A stretch of 63,580 bases of DNA, filler included, from an uncultured Myxococcia bacterium (GTDB lineage: Bacteria; CAZTWC01): NCBI GenBank assembly GCA_964617105.1. It is 4 parts of 4 records of this genome, joined end to end, with 100 filler letters (N's around TTAATTAATTAA, not from the genome) between each part and the next. Parts side by side here need not be neighbours in the genome. Positions count along the whole stretch, not along the records: positions 16,090 to 32,001 come from CAZTWC010000062.1; positions 32,102 to 47,989 come from CAZTWC010000063.1; 2 more parts are not named here. One strand, written 5' to 3'. Below the pieces are notes generated by a model. The model was not told the DNA's origin. It ran no database searches and saw only the letters and a program-made list of their open reading frames with translations. Shown here piece by piece: positions 29,802-39,972 of this stretch. Every line of letters starts with the position of its first letter. Within the stretch, counting starts at the first letter, position 1. The position numbers and the translations under genes are program-made.

Positions 29802-31559
29802 TTAGGGCTCCAACTTTTTACCTTCAGGAGTTACTATTTTGGAAACTTCTCCTCCAAATACTTTTTGCAACTCCTTTATAAAGGGATTATTATGGGCCTG
29901 GTTAAATAATTCTGCCCGATATTTACGCCTATCCCGCTCAAATTTCTCGGTCAAAGAAAACCCCTGTTTCTCCAGATTATTATCCTCGCTCTCAATAAAA
30001 TTGAAAACATATCTTCCCTTAAAATTATCCTCAATTATCTTTTCCAGGCAAGTTTTTTGTTCCAAAATTTTACTTAGTGCGTATGCCTCCCGAGGAAAAC
30101 CTATATTTATACAACATTTATCATTTTTTAACTCAAAACCCAACACTCGTGAATCATCCAAAAGGCCGGCAAGAAAATCATTGTGTTGGCGAACACAATT
30201 AACAATCTCTTCCCACTCTTTAATCTCCTTTTCTGGGTAATACTCATTATGCTCTTCACCATCAACAACATCACCCCTTTGGCTATTATCACTCAAGTTG
30301 GGTTGATGATGACGGGATGATTCTTTTTTTTTTATTTTTAGTTCATTACTTTTCCGGTCAACCGCTTTTACTGAAGGTAAATCTCTCGCATCTTTTGTCC
30401 TGGCGGTGTTGGCGGAAATAGGTTTATGCCTGCCTATCTCCTCCTGCAACTCTGAAACCACCTTGTCAAGAGAACTAAACCCCCTGAAGGTCACCATTTT
30501 TACCAAAGCCATCTCCGCTACCACCTGAGGAAAGGGAGAGTTGCTAAATTGAGGAAAAGTTTTGCACAGAATATCGAACCAGGCAATTAAATGATCCAGT
30601 TCCACCTGAAGATTAAAATCAGTGTCTGGACTTTTGACCGGAGATACACCCTCAGACTGCATCATTTTGACCACAGTAGCATCTTTTAAATAGCGGGCCA
30701 TCTCCTGAAAAAGCAATTTCAAGTCCGCCCCTTTGTCTATGGCAGTGTTTAACTGGGCCAGGGCTTTTTCTATTCCGCCGCTGGCGATATTACTCAGCAT
30801 CTCCCCAATAAACCGCCTATCTACCAGCCCAAATATTTTAATAATATCTTCAGCGTTTATCTCCTCGCTACAATAGGCTATTGCTTGATCCAGCAAACTA
30901 AGCGCGTCCCTCATGCTTCCCGCCGCCATCTGGGCTATGAGTTCAGCAGCGCGTTGATTGAAATTCAACTCCTCTTCACTCATTATCCTCTTCAGATGGG
31001 CGGTAATCTTATCGGATGGTATCCGGTAAAAATCGTAGCGCTGGCACCGGGAAAGAATGGTGGCAGGAATTTTATGCGGTTCGGTGGTGGCAAAGATAAA
31101 CTTGACGTGGCCAGGCGGTTCTTCCAGAGTCTTGAGCAAAGCATTAAAAGCATTGTTGCTCAACATGTGGACTTCATCGATAATATAAATTTTTATTTTT
31201 CCCAGAGTGGGCAGAAACCTTACATTTTCTCTCAACTCCCGGATATCATCCACACTGGTGTTAGAAGCACCGTCAATCTCGTGAACATCCATAAAGGTAC
31301 TATCGGATATGGCTTGACAGTTACTGCAGTGGTTACAAGGCTCAACCGTATCGTCTTTTGCCTCCTGGCAATTGAGGGTTTTAGCCAATATTCGAGCGGC
31401 AGAGGTTTTTCCCACTCCTCTGGAACCGGTGAACAGATAGGCGTGAGCCACTCTTTTCAATTTAATGGCATTTTGCAAAGACCTGGAAACAAATTCCTGT
31501 CCCAACAGTTGGGAAAAAGTCTGAGGACGCCATTTTCTCGCTAAAACCAGGTATGCCAT
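29802..31559 (-). CDS. dnaX: DNA polymerase III subunit gamma/tau
   Basis: LARKWRPQTF, GSRGVGKTS (Walker A), IIDEVHML, NALLKTLEEPP, TILSRCQ, GSMRDALSLLDQ. Confidence 0.97.
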   Translation of the reverse strand: MAYLVLARKWRPQTFSQLLGQEFVSRSLQNAIKLKRVAHAYLFTGSRGVGKTSAARILAKTLNCQEAKDDTVEPCNHCSNCQAISDSTFMDVHEIDGASNTSVDDIRELRENVRFLPTLGKIKIYIIDEVHMLSNNAFNALLKTLEEPPGHVKFIFATTEPHKIPATILSRCQRYDFYRIPSDKITAHLKRIMSEEELNFNQRAAELIAQMAAGSMRDALSLLDQAIAYCSEEINAEDIIKIFGLVDRRFIGEMLSNIASGGIEKALAQLNTAIDKGADLKLLFQEMARYLKDATVVKMMQSEGVSPVKSPDTDFNLQVELDHLIAWFDILCKTFPQFSNSPFPQVVAEMALVKMVTFRGFSSLDKVVSELQEEIGRHKPISANTARTKDARDLPSVKAVDRKSNELKIKKKESSRHHQPNLSDNSQRGDVVDGEEHNEYYPEKEIKEWEEIVNCVRQHNDFLAGLLDDSRVLGFELKNDKCCINIGFPREAYALSKILEQKTCLEKIIEDNFKGRYVFNFIESEDNNLEKQGFSLTEKFERDRRKYRAELFNQAHNNPFIKELQKVFGGEVSKIVTPEGKKLEP

Positions 31560-31681
31560 GTTAATTCGCAGGAACCCTCTTTACCGTGGGGAAGATGTCC
31601 AGTTTGTCTGGACAGAGGGGATAAACATTCCCGTAGGGAAGAGGTGGGTTAAGATCTCCGAAGGGACACTTAATATTTTGG

Positions 31682-31782
31682 TGATAGCCAGGAAACCTGC
31701 ATCACACAAAGGGATTGCTACCGCTGCTCCCTTCCAGGCCTGACGGAATTCGCAATATACGTTGCGCAGAACCCGGCTATCA
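31682..31782 (-). ncRNA. ffs: Signal recognition particle RNA (small bacterial type)
   Basis: The - strand contains TCAGGCCTGGAAGGGAGCAGC (SRP helix-8 signature), closed by a TGATAGCC/GGCTATCA terminal stem; canonical position upstream of dnaX. Confidence 0.93.
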
Positions 31783-31792
31783 TAATAAACTC

Positions 31793-31883
<91 letters not shown>

Positions 31884-32001
31884 GCTCAATTCAGTAGGGC
31901 AATATATCATAAAAGAAATTGGTGTGCAAGTGGTTTAACCATCGAGGAAGACTTGATCTGTGTGGAAATTGACTACACTATCCTACATCACCGAAAAAGC
32001 C

Positions 32002-32101
32002 NNNNNNNNNNNNNNNNNNNNNNNNNNNNNNNNNNNNNNNNNNNNTTAATTAATTAANNNNNNNNNNNNNNNNNNNNNNNNNNNNNNNNNNNNNNNNNNN
32101 N
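32002..32101. other. Artificial contig spacer
   Basis: N44-TTAATTAATTAA-N44. Confidence 0.98.
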
Positions 32102-32139
32102 TATTTTTATTCTGAGTATATTGTAGTTGGAGTTAAAAA

Positions 32140-33276
32140 ATGAATACTGTTTTAGTAGTAGTGGCACATCCAGATGATGAAGCCTTGATAACCTTTACCT
32201 CCGGCAGCACCGGTATGCCCAAGGGAGTAAACCGCACTCACGCTTTGCTTACTGCCCAGCACTTAGCCTTAAAGGAACATTTTCCTTATAATCCCCAGGA
32301 GGTCAACATGACCTGTTTTCCGGTGGTGGCCCTGCATAATCTTTGCTGCGGTGTGCCCACCGTGTTCCCTCCCGTGGATCTCAAAGCACCGGCCGCCATC
32401 GATCCAGCCACCTTCCTGAATCAGGTCGAGCGTCACCAGGTTACCAGCCTTAGTTGCGCCCCCGCTTTTATCTCCAAAATAACCGCTTTTCTCCTGCAGC
32501 CTGGGGCAGCATCAAAATCTGCTGATCATATAAACACCATTGTGGTGGGAGGTGCACCAGTATCACGAGAGTTATGCCAAAACATATTAACCTCTTTTCC
32601 CAAAGCCCAATCCCAGGTAGCCTACGGCTCCTCCGAGGCAGAACCGATTGCCAGCAACCCCATGGAAGAGGTGGCAGTCGAGCCGGGACCAGGATTTTTA
32701 GTGGGCCGGCCGGCAGCCTGCGTAAAAGTGGTTTTGCTAAACATCCCGCCGGGAGAGATGCCCGAAGGTAAAGGGGAAATTGAGCCCTTTCTGGTAAAAG
32801 ATGAACAGGAGGGTGAAATCGTAGTCAGCGGCCCTCACGTCAACCAAAGATATGTCAACAATCCCCAGGCAGAAGCAAAAAACAAGATATTTACACCTCA
32901 GGGTACCGTATGGCACCGCACCGGCGATGTGGGCCGTTTTGATCAAAAGGGACGGCTGTGGATTATGGGCCGAAGGGCTGATACCATTTTCATCAATAAA
33001 CGCCTTATCCACCCTATCATGGTGGAGGCGGCTATAAATGAGATACCAGGCGTAAAAGCCAGCGCCCTTATAGACAATGGCCACCACTGCAGCGGCAGAT
33101 TAGTCTTGCAACTGGAGACTAATGCTGATTGGAAAAAAGTAAAAAAAGATGTAATAGAAGGGCTAAAAGTCATGGGGTTGCCCGAAATCCCGGTAGGTCA
33201 GATCGAACATATCCCAGTGGACAGCCGCCACAACAGCAAGATCGATCGGATCACCTTGCGGAAGAAGGTGAGTTAG
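32140..33276 (+). CDS. AMP-binding acyl-adenylate enzyme (OleC-like), N-terminally incomplete and probably chimeric
   Basis: FTSGSTGMPKG P-loop, YGSSEAEP, WHRTGD, GR, DSRHNSKIDR. The P-loop starts at residue ~19, so the N-terminal subdomain is missing; the first residues look PIG-L-like. Confidence 0.75.
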   Translation: MNTVLVVVAHPDDEALITFTSGSTGMPKGVNRTHALLTAQHLALKEHFPYNPQEVNMTCFPVVALHNLCCGVPTVFPPVDLKAPAAIDPATFLNQVERHQVTSLSCAPAFISKITAFLLQPGAASKSADHINTIVVGGAPVSRELCQNILTSFPKAQSQVAYGSSEAEPIASNPMEEVAVEPGPGFLVGRPAACVKVVLLNIPPGEMPEGKGEIEPFLVKDEQEGEIVVSGPHVNQRYVNNPQAEAKNKIFTPQGTVWHRTGDVGRFDQKGRLWIMGRRADTIFINKRLIHPIMVEAAINEIPGVKASALIDNGHHCSGRLVLQLETNADWKKVKKDVIEGLKVMGLPEIPVGQIEHIPVDSRHNSKIDRITLRKKVS

Positions 33277-35015
33277 CGCTTACCTTTAAACTTCTTGTGC
33301 TTTGCGTATTTTTTGCGAAATCTCTTTTCTGAAGATTGTTCTTCATTGGCTACCTCGACCACCAGTTCCCGGTGGTTGTAGTCTATCCCCTCAAAACCTT
33401 CGAGAATTAAGGAAGTATAATGCTCGTCAACTTCAAAAAAGGAGAACGATTTTCCCAGATCGATCTTGCCGATCTCTATATTTCGATTTCTGGTGCAACG
33501 GTTTATTAGACCGATTAATTCTCTGGGAGATACACTGTCTCTGAATCCCAAATTAATGAAAAAACGGGCGTACCCGACTTCGGGAAAATTGCTGTCGCGC
33601 CGTTTCCCAAACTTGCCAAACTTACCTGGCTTTCCGGGTTTTCCTGCCTTGCCCCCTCTCCGCCAAGATTTTTCCTCTCTCTCTTTGGGCAGGTTCAAAT
33701 CTTTATGATCCCGGTAATAATCGAGGAACCGGTTGAATTCCAGAGAGACAATATTTTTAATCAATTGTTCGCGGCTCAACCACTCCAGTTTTTCATACAC
33801 CACTGGAAGAAACTTATCGATGGTTTTGTGATCAACCTCTATCGTCTGCATTTTATCAACCAGGGTGAGCAGTTGTTTCTCGCAGATCTCTTTGCCGCTG
33901 GGAACCAGTACCTGTTCAAAGGTTTTCTTGAGTTTCCTCTCTATTTTTTTTATTTTATACTTCTCTTTCAAGTTGATCAGGGCGATGGATATACCGGTTT
34001 TTCCTGCGCGGCCGGTCCGGCCACTGCGGTGGGTATAGATATCGTCATCATCTGGGAGAGTATAATTAATAATGTGGGTTAAATCTTTGATATCAAGCCC
34101 TCTGGCGGCTACATCGGTGGCCACCAGCATCTGCAAGTTCCTAATCTTGAACTTGTGCATAGTATGTTCACGTTGGGCCTGTGATAATTCACCGTGGAGT
34201 GCATCGGCATTATAACCGTCGCGGATCAACTTTTCAGCGATCTCTTTGGTCTCCATTCGAGTCCGGCAAAAAATAATGCCGTAGATGTTGGGATTATAAT
34301 CCGCTATACGCTTGAGGGCCGGATACCGATCCTTCTCCCGGATCACATAACATAAGTGCTGGACATTCTCGGCTCCGGCATTTTTAATACCAATGGTTAT
34401 TTCCCGGGGATTTTCCATGTATCTCTTGGAAATTTGCAACACCTCTCTCGGCATGGTGGCTGAAAACAACAGAGTCCTCTTCTCCTCTGGGGTCTGCTCC
34501 AGTATCTCGTCCAACTCCTCTTTAAAACCCATGTTCAACATCTCATCAGCCTCATCCAGCACCAGGGTTTTTAGGGTTGAAAGGTCAATTTTTTTACGTC
34601 TGTTCAACAGGTCATTCATTCTGCCCGGGGTGGCCACAATAATGTGAGCGCCTTTTTGCAGGGCTTTAATTTGCCGATACATGTCAGCCCCACCATAAAC
34701 AGTGACAACCTGTATCCCTTCAAAATGTTTGGCAAAACACCTCATATCTCTGGAAATTTGCAAACAGAGTTCTCGGGTAGGTGCCAAAATGAGGACCTGG
34801 GTTCTTCTATCTTTTGCATCGGTGCGTTGCACCAGAGGTAAACCGTAGGCCGCTGTTTTTCCGGTGCCGGTCTGGGCCAGGCCGATAAGATCGTCATCAG
34901 TTTCCAGCAATACAGGAATAACCTCTTCTTGAATAGGCATTGGATATTCAAAGCCCAATTCCTGAATGCCTGCCAATGCTGGAGATAAAATTCCCAATTT
35001 TTTAAAAGTTGTCAT
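33273..35015 (-). CDS. DEAD-box RNA helicase (CsdA/DeaD-like with DbpA-type C-terminal domain)
   Basis: AQTGTGKT, PTREL, DEADEML, SAT, ARGLD, HRSGRTGRAG; C-terminal RFFINLG...IGKID. The track starts at 35033. Confidence 0.92.
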   Translation of the reverse strand: MTTFKKLGILSPALAGIQELGFEYPMPIQEEVIPVLLETDDDLIGLAQTGTGKTAAYGLPLVQRTDAKDRRTQVLILAPTRELCLQISRDMRCFAKHFEGIQVVTVYGGADMYRQIKALQKGAHIIVATPGRMNDLLNRRKKIDLSTLKTLVLDEADEMLNMGFKEELDEILEQTPEEKRTLLFSATMPREVLQISKRYMENPREITIGIKNAGAENVQHLCYVIREKDRYPALKRIADYNPNIYGIIFCRTRMETKEIAEKLIRDGYNADALHGELSQAQREHTMHKFKIRNLQMLVATDVAARGLDIKDLTHIINYTLPDDDDIYTHRSGRTGRAGKTGISIALINLKEKYKIKKIERKLKKTFEQVLVPSGKEICEKQLLTLVDKMQTIEVDHKTIDKFLPVVYEKLEWLSREQLIKNIVSLEFNRFLDYYRDHKDLNLPKEREEKSWRRGGKAGKPGKPGKFGKFGKRRDSNFPEVGYARFFINLGFRDSVSPRELIGLINRCTRNRNIEIGKIDLGKSFSFFEVDEHYTSLILEGFEGIDYNHRELVVEVANEEQSSEKRFRKKYAKHKKFKGKR

Positions 35016-35249
35016 ACGTTGTTCCTGCTCCAATGATCAAATATAATCGCCATATAGAAAACCTTAGGGCTCCCTCAAAAAAAACTTAATACGCGCATGC
35101 ATATTAGCATACTTAATTAAATAAAAGGATAAAATAGGGATGCCATCTACAAAAGGGTGGAAAATTTAGTCACAAAAGAGTAATATCTCGTCACTTCAAT
35201 TAGATTACAACTACCTGATTTCGAGAATTGATATAATTGATATATAAAA

Positions 35250-37358
35250 ATGGAAAAAAAATATCTCAGAAATATTGGTATCTCAGCGCATATTGACAGT
35301 GGTAAAACTACGCTTACCGAGAGGATACTCTTCTACACCAAACGGATCCATGCTATGCATGAGGTTAAAGGCCGGGATGGGGTGGGAGCCACCCTGGATT
35401 CTATGGAGTTAGAGCGGGAGCGAGGGATCACCATTGCCAGCGCTGCTACACACTGTGTTTGGTCCGACCATCACATTAATATTATAGACACTCCAGGACA
35501 TATAGATTTTACCATCGAGGTGGAGCGTTCTTTGCGGGTTCTAGATGGAGCTATTTTGGTACTCTGTGCCGTGGGAGGCGTTCAAAGTCAGTCATTGGCA
35601 GTTGATCGCCAAATGCGCCGCTACCAGGTACCCCGAATAGCCTTTATCAATAAATGTGACCGCAGAGGGGCCAATCCCCTGGAAGTCTGTGAACAATTGG
35701 CCGAAAAACTAGGCCACACTCCAGTGCTGCTCCAGTTACCTATCGGCCTGGAACACTCCTTTGAAGGGCTCATCGACCTTATAACCATGACGGCCATGGT
35801 TTTTAGTGGGGATTGTGGAGAAACCGTTCAGCAAATTCCTATTCCTGACTCCATGAAGGCAAAGGCGGAAACAGCCAGAGAAAAGATGCTCGATAAAATT
35901 TCCCTGGTTTCCGATCAACTCACTGAGGCTATTTTAGAGGAGCAGGTAACTCCCCAACAGATTATTCAGGCCATTCGAGAAGGCACCCTTTCCAGGCAAA
36001 TAACTCCGGTTTTGATGGGATCTGCTTATAAAAATAAAGGGGTTCAGCCCCTTTTGGATGCGGTGACCAACTATTTGCCTAATCCCATGGAGAGGAAGAT
36101 TTCAGCTATATCCCAAGAGCAGATGGAATCTTATGAAGAGGATGACCCGCTCCTGGTAGAATTGGCCTGTGACGACCATCTTCCTACAGTAGCATTGGCC
36201 TTTAAGTTGGAAGACGGTAAATATGGCCAATTGACCTATTTGAGGATATACCAGGGCTCCCTGGTGCGAGGAAATACTCTCATCAATATGCGGACCAGGC
36301 AGAAGCATAAAACTGGACGAATTATACGAATGCACGCCAATGAGATGGAGGAGATCCAGCAGGCTGACGCCGGGGATATCGTGGCCATCTTTGGCATCGA
36401 TTGCCAGAGCGGCGATACCTTTACCGATGGCAGGCTGGAAGTAACCATGACCGGCATGTATGTGCCCGAACCGGTTATCTCCCTTTCTCTGAAAGCAGAA
36501 GACACCCCTTCTGAGACCAAGTTAGCCAAGGCTTTGAATCGTTTTACCAAGGAGGACCCTACCTTTAGGGTGCATGTGGATCCCGATAGCCATGAAACCG
36601 TAATCAGCGGAATGGGGGAGTTGCAACTTGAAGTTTACCTGGAGCGGATCCGTAGAGAATATCAGGCAACAGTTACCACTTCGCCCCCCAGAGTGGCCTT
36701 TCGGGAAACTATCTCCAAACGGGTTAAATTTAATTATACTCACAAAAAACAAACCGGCGGCGCCGGCCAATACGCCAGAGTCGCTGGATATCTGGAGCCA
36801 AATTCCGACCAGGATTTCGAGTTCCAAGACAGTATTGTGGGCGGTGCTATCCCACGCCAATTTATAGCCTCGGTGGAGAAAGGGTTTACCTCCATGCTGG
36901 AAAAAGGTAGGCGGATTGGGGCAAAAGTGGTGAATGTCCGGGTGGTGATAAACGATGGAAAATCCCATTCGGTAGATTCCAGCGAAATGGCTTTTCAAGA
37001 AGCCGCCCGGGGAGCATGGCGGCAGGTGTATTCAAAAGCTGTGCCAAAGATCTTAGAGCCGATTATGCAGGTGTCGGTAGAGGTGCCAAAGGAGTATGCT
37101 GGAAATGTGATGGGAAATCTGATGCAGCGGCGAGGGAATATTATTGGTTCACAGGAGGAGATCACCTGTTCAAAGGTGGAAGCTGAGGTGCCCCTGGCCG
37201 AGATGTTTGGCTACTCTACCTCTCTTCGATCCTCTACCCAGGGGATGGGAAATTTTACCATGGAGTTCTCCCGCTACCAGAGAGTTCCTTCAGAAGTTGC
37301 CAAAAAAATAGAAGCGGAGATTCAGGAGAAATTGCCCAGAAAAAACCGGAAAGGATAA
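35250..37358 (+). CDS. fusA: Elongation factor G (spirochete/delta-type EF-G1), outside the str operon
   Basis: [56 protein letters not shown]. Confidence 0.93.
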   Translation: MEKKYLRNIGISAHIDSGKTTLTERILFYTKRIHAMHEVKGRDGVGATLDSMELERERGITIASAATHCVWSDHHINIIDTPGHIDFTIEVERSLRVLDGAILVLCAVGGVQSQSLAVDRQMRRYQVPRIAFINKCDRRGANPLEVCEQLAEKLGHTPVLLQLPIGLEHSFEGLIDLITMTAMVFSGDCGETVQQIPIPDSMKAKAETAREKMLDKISLVSDQLTEAILEEQVTPQQIIQAIREGTLSRQITPVLMGSAYKNKGVQPLLDAVTNYLPNPMERKISAISQEQMESYEEDDPLLVELACDDHLPTVALAFKLEDGKYGQLTYLRIYQGSLVRGNTLINMRTRQKHKTGRIIRMHANEMEEIQQADAGDIVAIFGIDCQSGDTFTDGRLEVTMTGMYVPEPVISLSLKAEDTPSETKLAKALNRFTKEDPTFRVHVDPDSHETVISGMGELQLEVYLERIRREYQATVTTSPPRVAFRETISKRVKFNYTHKKQTGGAGQYARVAGYLEPNSDQDFEFQDSIVGGAIPRQFIASVEKGFTSMLEKGRRIGAKVVNVRVVINDGKSHSVDSSEMAFQEAARGAWRQVYSKAVPKILEPIMQVSVEVPKEYAGNVMGNLMQRRGNIIGSQEEITCSKVEAEVPLAEMFGYSTSLRSSTQGMGNFTMEFSRYQRVPSEVAKKIEAEIQEKLPRKNRKG

Positions 37359-37376
37359 TTACGAAAGGATAAAAAG

Positions 37377-38093
37377 ATGGATTTAGGCAAAGCAGACAAA
37401 ATAAATCCTCTGAATATACTCAATAAAAGCGGGAAATTACCGCTAAAAAAAGGGGATATGGGCGTGCTGCTGTCCAATGCTGGGGTTGGCAAAAGCGCCT
37501 GTCTGGTGCAAATAGGACTCAATGAGCTTCTCCATGAAAAACGGCTGTTGCATATTGCTACTAATAATGTTCAGGATGTCCAGGCCCTTTACAAAACCCA
37601 ATTTTCCCAATTGACTAACCGGTTGTCTTGGAATAATCCGAATGAGACTTATGGTTTTGCCACCAAATTTAGGATGATAAAAACCTATCCATACGGACAG
37701 ATCACCCCGGACAGGCTGGAGGATACCATTAAAACTTGCCGGCAACTACATTTTGAACCTGACCTGATTATTTTGGATGGGGTTAAATGGGAAAACACCC
37801 AGGGAGCCATCCAGGAAGTTATGGGCCAATTTAAAAAACTTGCTGAGCGCTTTCAGACCGGTTTGTGGTTTACTGCCAGGACCCGCCAGATTATAACCGG
37901 AGAGAGCCCCACCAAATTGCCTTCTCCTTGCAATGAATGTGCTGATTTGATATCAATTGCCCTTTTTTTGCAGCCTGAGGAAAATAGTGTCATTTTGAAC
38001 TTACTCGAAATAGAGGAGAAAGAGATGGGTTCAAATTTTCGGGTAAATCTCAGTGTCCCAGATATGCTGATTCAAGAAGTTGTACAACCTTGA
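37377..38093 (+). CDS. RecA/KaiC-like P-loop protein of unknown function
   Basis: Walker A-like NAGVGKS and Walker B-like LIILDG; 18 nt downstream of fusA. Confidence 0.65.
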   Translation: MDLGKADKINPLNILNKSGKLPLKKGDMGVLLSNAGVGKSACLVQIGLNELLHEKRLLHIATNNVQDVQALYKTQFSQLTNRLSWNNPNETYGFATKFRMIKTYPYGQITPDRLEDTIKTCRQLHFEPDLIILDGVKWENTQGAIQEVMGQFKKLAERFQTGLWFTARTRQIITGESPTKLPSPCNECADLISIALFLQPEENSVILNLLEIEEKEMGSNFRVNLSVPDMLIQEVVQP

Positions 38094-38106
38094 GCGGGGT
38101 GATTAA

Positions 38107-39141
38107 ATGCGATTGATTATTTTTTTGCTTTTCTGGCTAATCATTTTTTCTCTGCCAGATCCAGGATTTTGCACTCAACCCCCAATTGACAACTCTAATC
38201 AATTGGAGCCTATTTTTCAGCAATTATTCTCTGCTCCTAAAAAGGCTAAAATCCCCTCTAATCTTTTACGGCCCAAGAGTTGGCAAGACGCCGTGAATAT
38301 TCTCAAAAAGGACAATATCGCCCTTTTCAGCCTGGCGGATACGATATTTCTCCAACACCTCAAAAAGCATCCCCAGGCCATAAAAGTTCTAGCCTGGCGG
38401 GCGCAACTCTATCTGACCTGGGCTGATTCCGCTCTGCTTACATCCTATACTTTAGTCAATTTAAATAAACATGCGGCCAAAAGTGCCGCGCGGAAAAATA
38501 AAAATGGTAAACAGACTGAAAAAGCCATAGAGATCTTAAATAAAATTGGGATTGACAAATTGAAAGCCGTCCAAAAAATGGTGCACATCTTAAAGCAAAA
38601 TGGACCGGATCTGTATGAAACCTGGCGAGTAGCCGCCGATTACCACCGGCTTCGGGGTGAATGGAAACAATTCAACCTGGCCATGTTTAAAGTGGAGCAA
38701 CTTAATCCTGGCAGTAATGGTCTGGTTTTTCTAAAAGGAGCAGCCGCTTTTCATCGCGATAACGACTGGCAAACCGCTATCAACTATTATACGCAGGCTA
38801 CTAAAATTGATCCTCAATTTACCAAAGCCTGGTATTTCCTGGCTAACTCCTATATGTCGCTGATTCAAATCAAACAGGCCATTGATACGCTTCAACAGAC
38901 AATAATAAGCAGTCCAGCCCATCCGCTAGCCCACTATCTGTTGGGCAAATTGCAGCAACTAAATAAAGTGGACCTAATCGAGCAGCCAAAACTTCAGCCA
39001 AAACAGTTGAAACGGGACACTCTGGCCGACCTTTTTTACGGAGATTTAAAAGGGCCCATGCCCTATATTTTGCATCTGCAGAAAATCAAAGGAAATGAAG
39101 AACAGAACCCTAGCCGTCAAATATCTCCCTATTCAAAGTGA
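38107..39141 (+). CDS. Secreted TPR protein
   Basis: Hydrophobic N-terminus; TPRs AINYYTQATKIDPQFTKAWYFLANSY and PAHPLAHYLLG. Confidence 0.7.
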   Translation: MRLIIFLLFWLIIFSLPDPGFCTQPPIDNSNQLEPIFQQLFSAPKKAKIPSNLLRPKSWQDAVNILKKDNIALFSLADTIFLQHLKKHPQAIKVLAWRAQLYLTWADSALLTSYTLVNLNKHAAKSAARKNKNGKQTEKAIEILNKIGIDKLKAVQKMVHILKQNGPDLYETWRVAADYHRLRGEWKQFNLAMFKVEQLNPGSNGLVFLKGAAAFHRDNDWQTAINYYTQATKIDPQFTKAWYFLANSYMSLIQIKQAIDTLQQTIISSPAHPLAHYLLGKLQQLNKVDLIEQPKLQPKQLKRDTLADLFYGDLKGPMPYILHLQKIKGNEEQNPSRQISPYSK

Positions 39142-39277
39142 TCCTTCACGCACACGAACACGCCCCTAACCGAACCGGCAGCAAATTTTCGGTTAAAATA
39201 ATCCCGCTGTAATGGCAAAATACTTTCGATATTGCGTTTGATTTGTTGCAAAAATTTAAACCCATGATAAAATAATA

Positions 39278-39889
39278 ATGCTGACTCTAAATACGTTTGC
39301 TTTTTGGCAATTGATAAAATGGTTTACCGTGAATCATATTAGGATTATACTTCTAACACTTTTGCTGTTGATTATCTTTTCAACCGTTAAGCAATCTAAT
39401 GCTGTCCAGGCAGAGAAAAAAAACCGGGCGGAATATTGGCTCAAGGCCGCCTTGATGAGAAAATTTATCCGCCACATCGACTGGCCCGCCGATTCAAAAG
39501 TGGCGGATATATCCATCCCGTTCAAGATTTGCACCATTGGCAAGGATCCCTTTGGCTCTCACCTGGAATCGGTGTTTAAAAAAGTGAACATCAAAAAAAA
39601 ATCCGCCGAAATAAACCGCTCTATCAAACTGAATAAAGTGATAAACTGCGACCTGCTCTATATCTCCCATTCGGAACGAAAAAATTTGGATGAAATCCTC
39701 AAACTAATCAGAGGAAAGTCAATCCTCACCATTAGCGACACCAAAGGTTATACCGATCGAGGCGTGATGATCAATATTTATAATTACAAAAAATCTCTGC
39801 GCTTCCAGATAAATTACGAGGTAGTCAAGCAAAACCCGCTCCACTTCAGTTACAGAATTTTACACCTGGCGAAAATAGTGAACAAGTGA
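39278..39889 (+). CDS. YfiR family periplasmic protein
   Basis: EYWLKAALMRKFIRHIDWP, ICTIGKDPFG, CDLLYI, ILTISD, LRFQIN, ILHLAKIV match the YfiR/DUF4154 pattern. Confidence 0.85.
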   Translation: MLTLNTFAFWQLIKWFTVNHIRIILLTLLLLIIFSTVKQSNAVQAEKKNRAEYWLKAALMRKFIRHIDWPADSKVADISIPFKICTIGKDPFGSHLESVFKKVNIKKKSAEINRSIKLNKVINCDLLYISHSERKNLDEILKLIRGKSILTISDTKGYTDRGVMINIYNYKKSLRFQINYEVVKQNPLHFSYRILHLAKIVNK

Positions 39890-39972
39890 ATATTTTCTTA
39901 TGGGGGCAGGATTTTGTCCAAGGCAACGCTTTGGGATGAAAGAGGAGAAAGAAAAAGTTAGACAGGAACACT

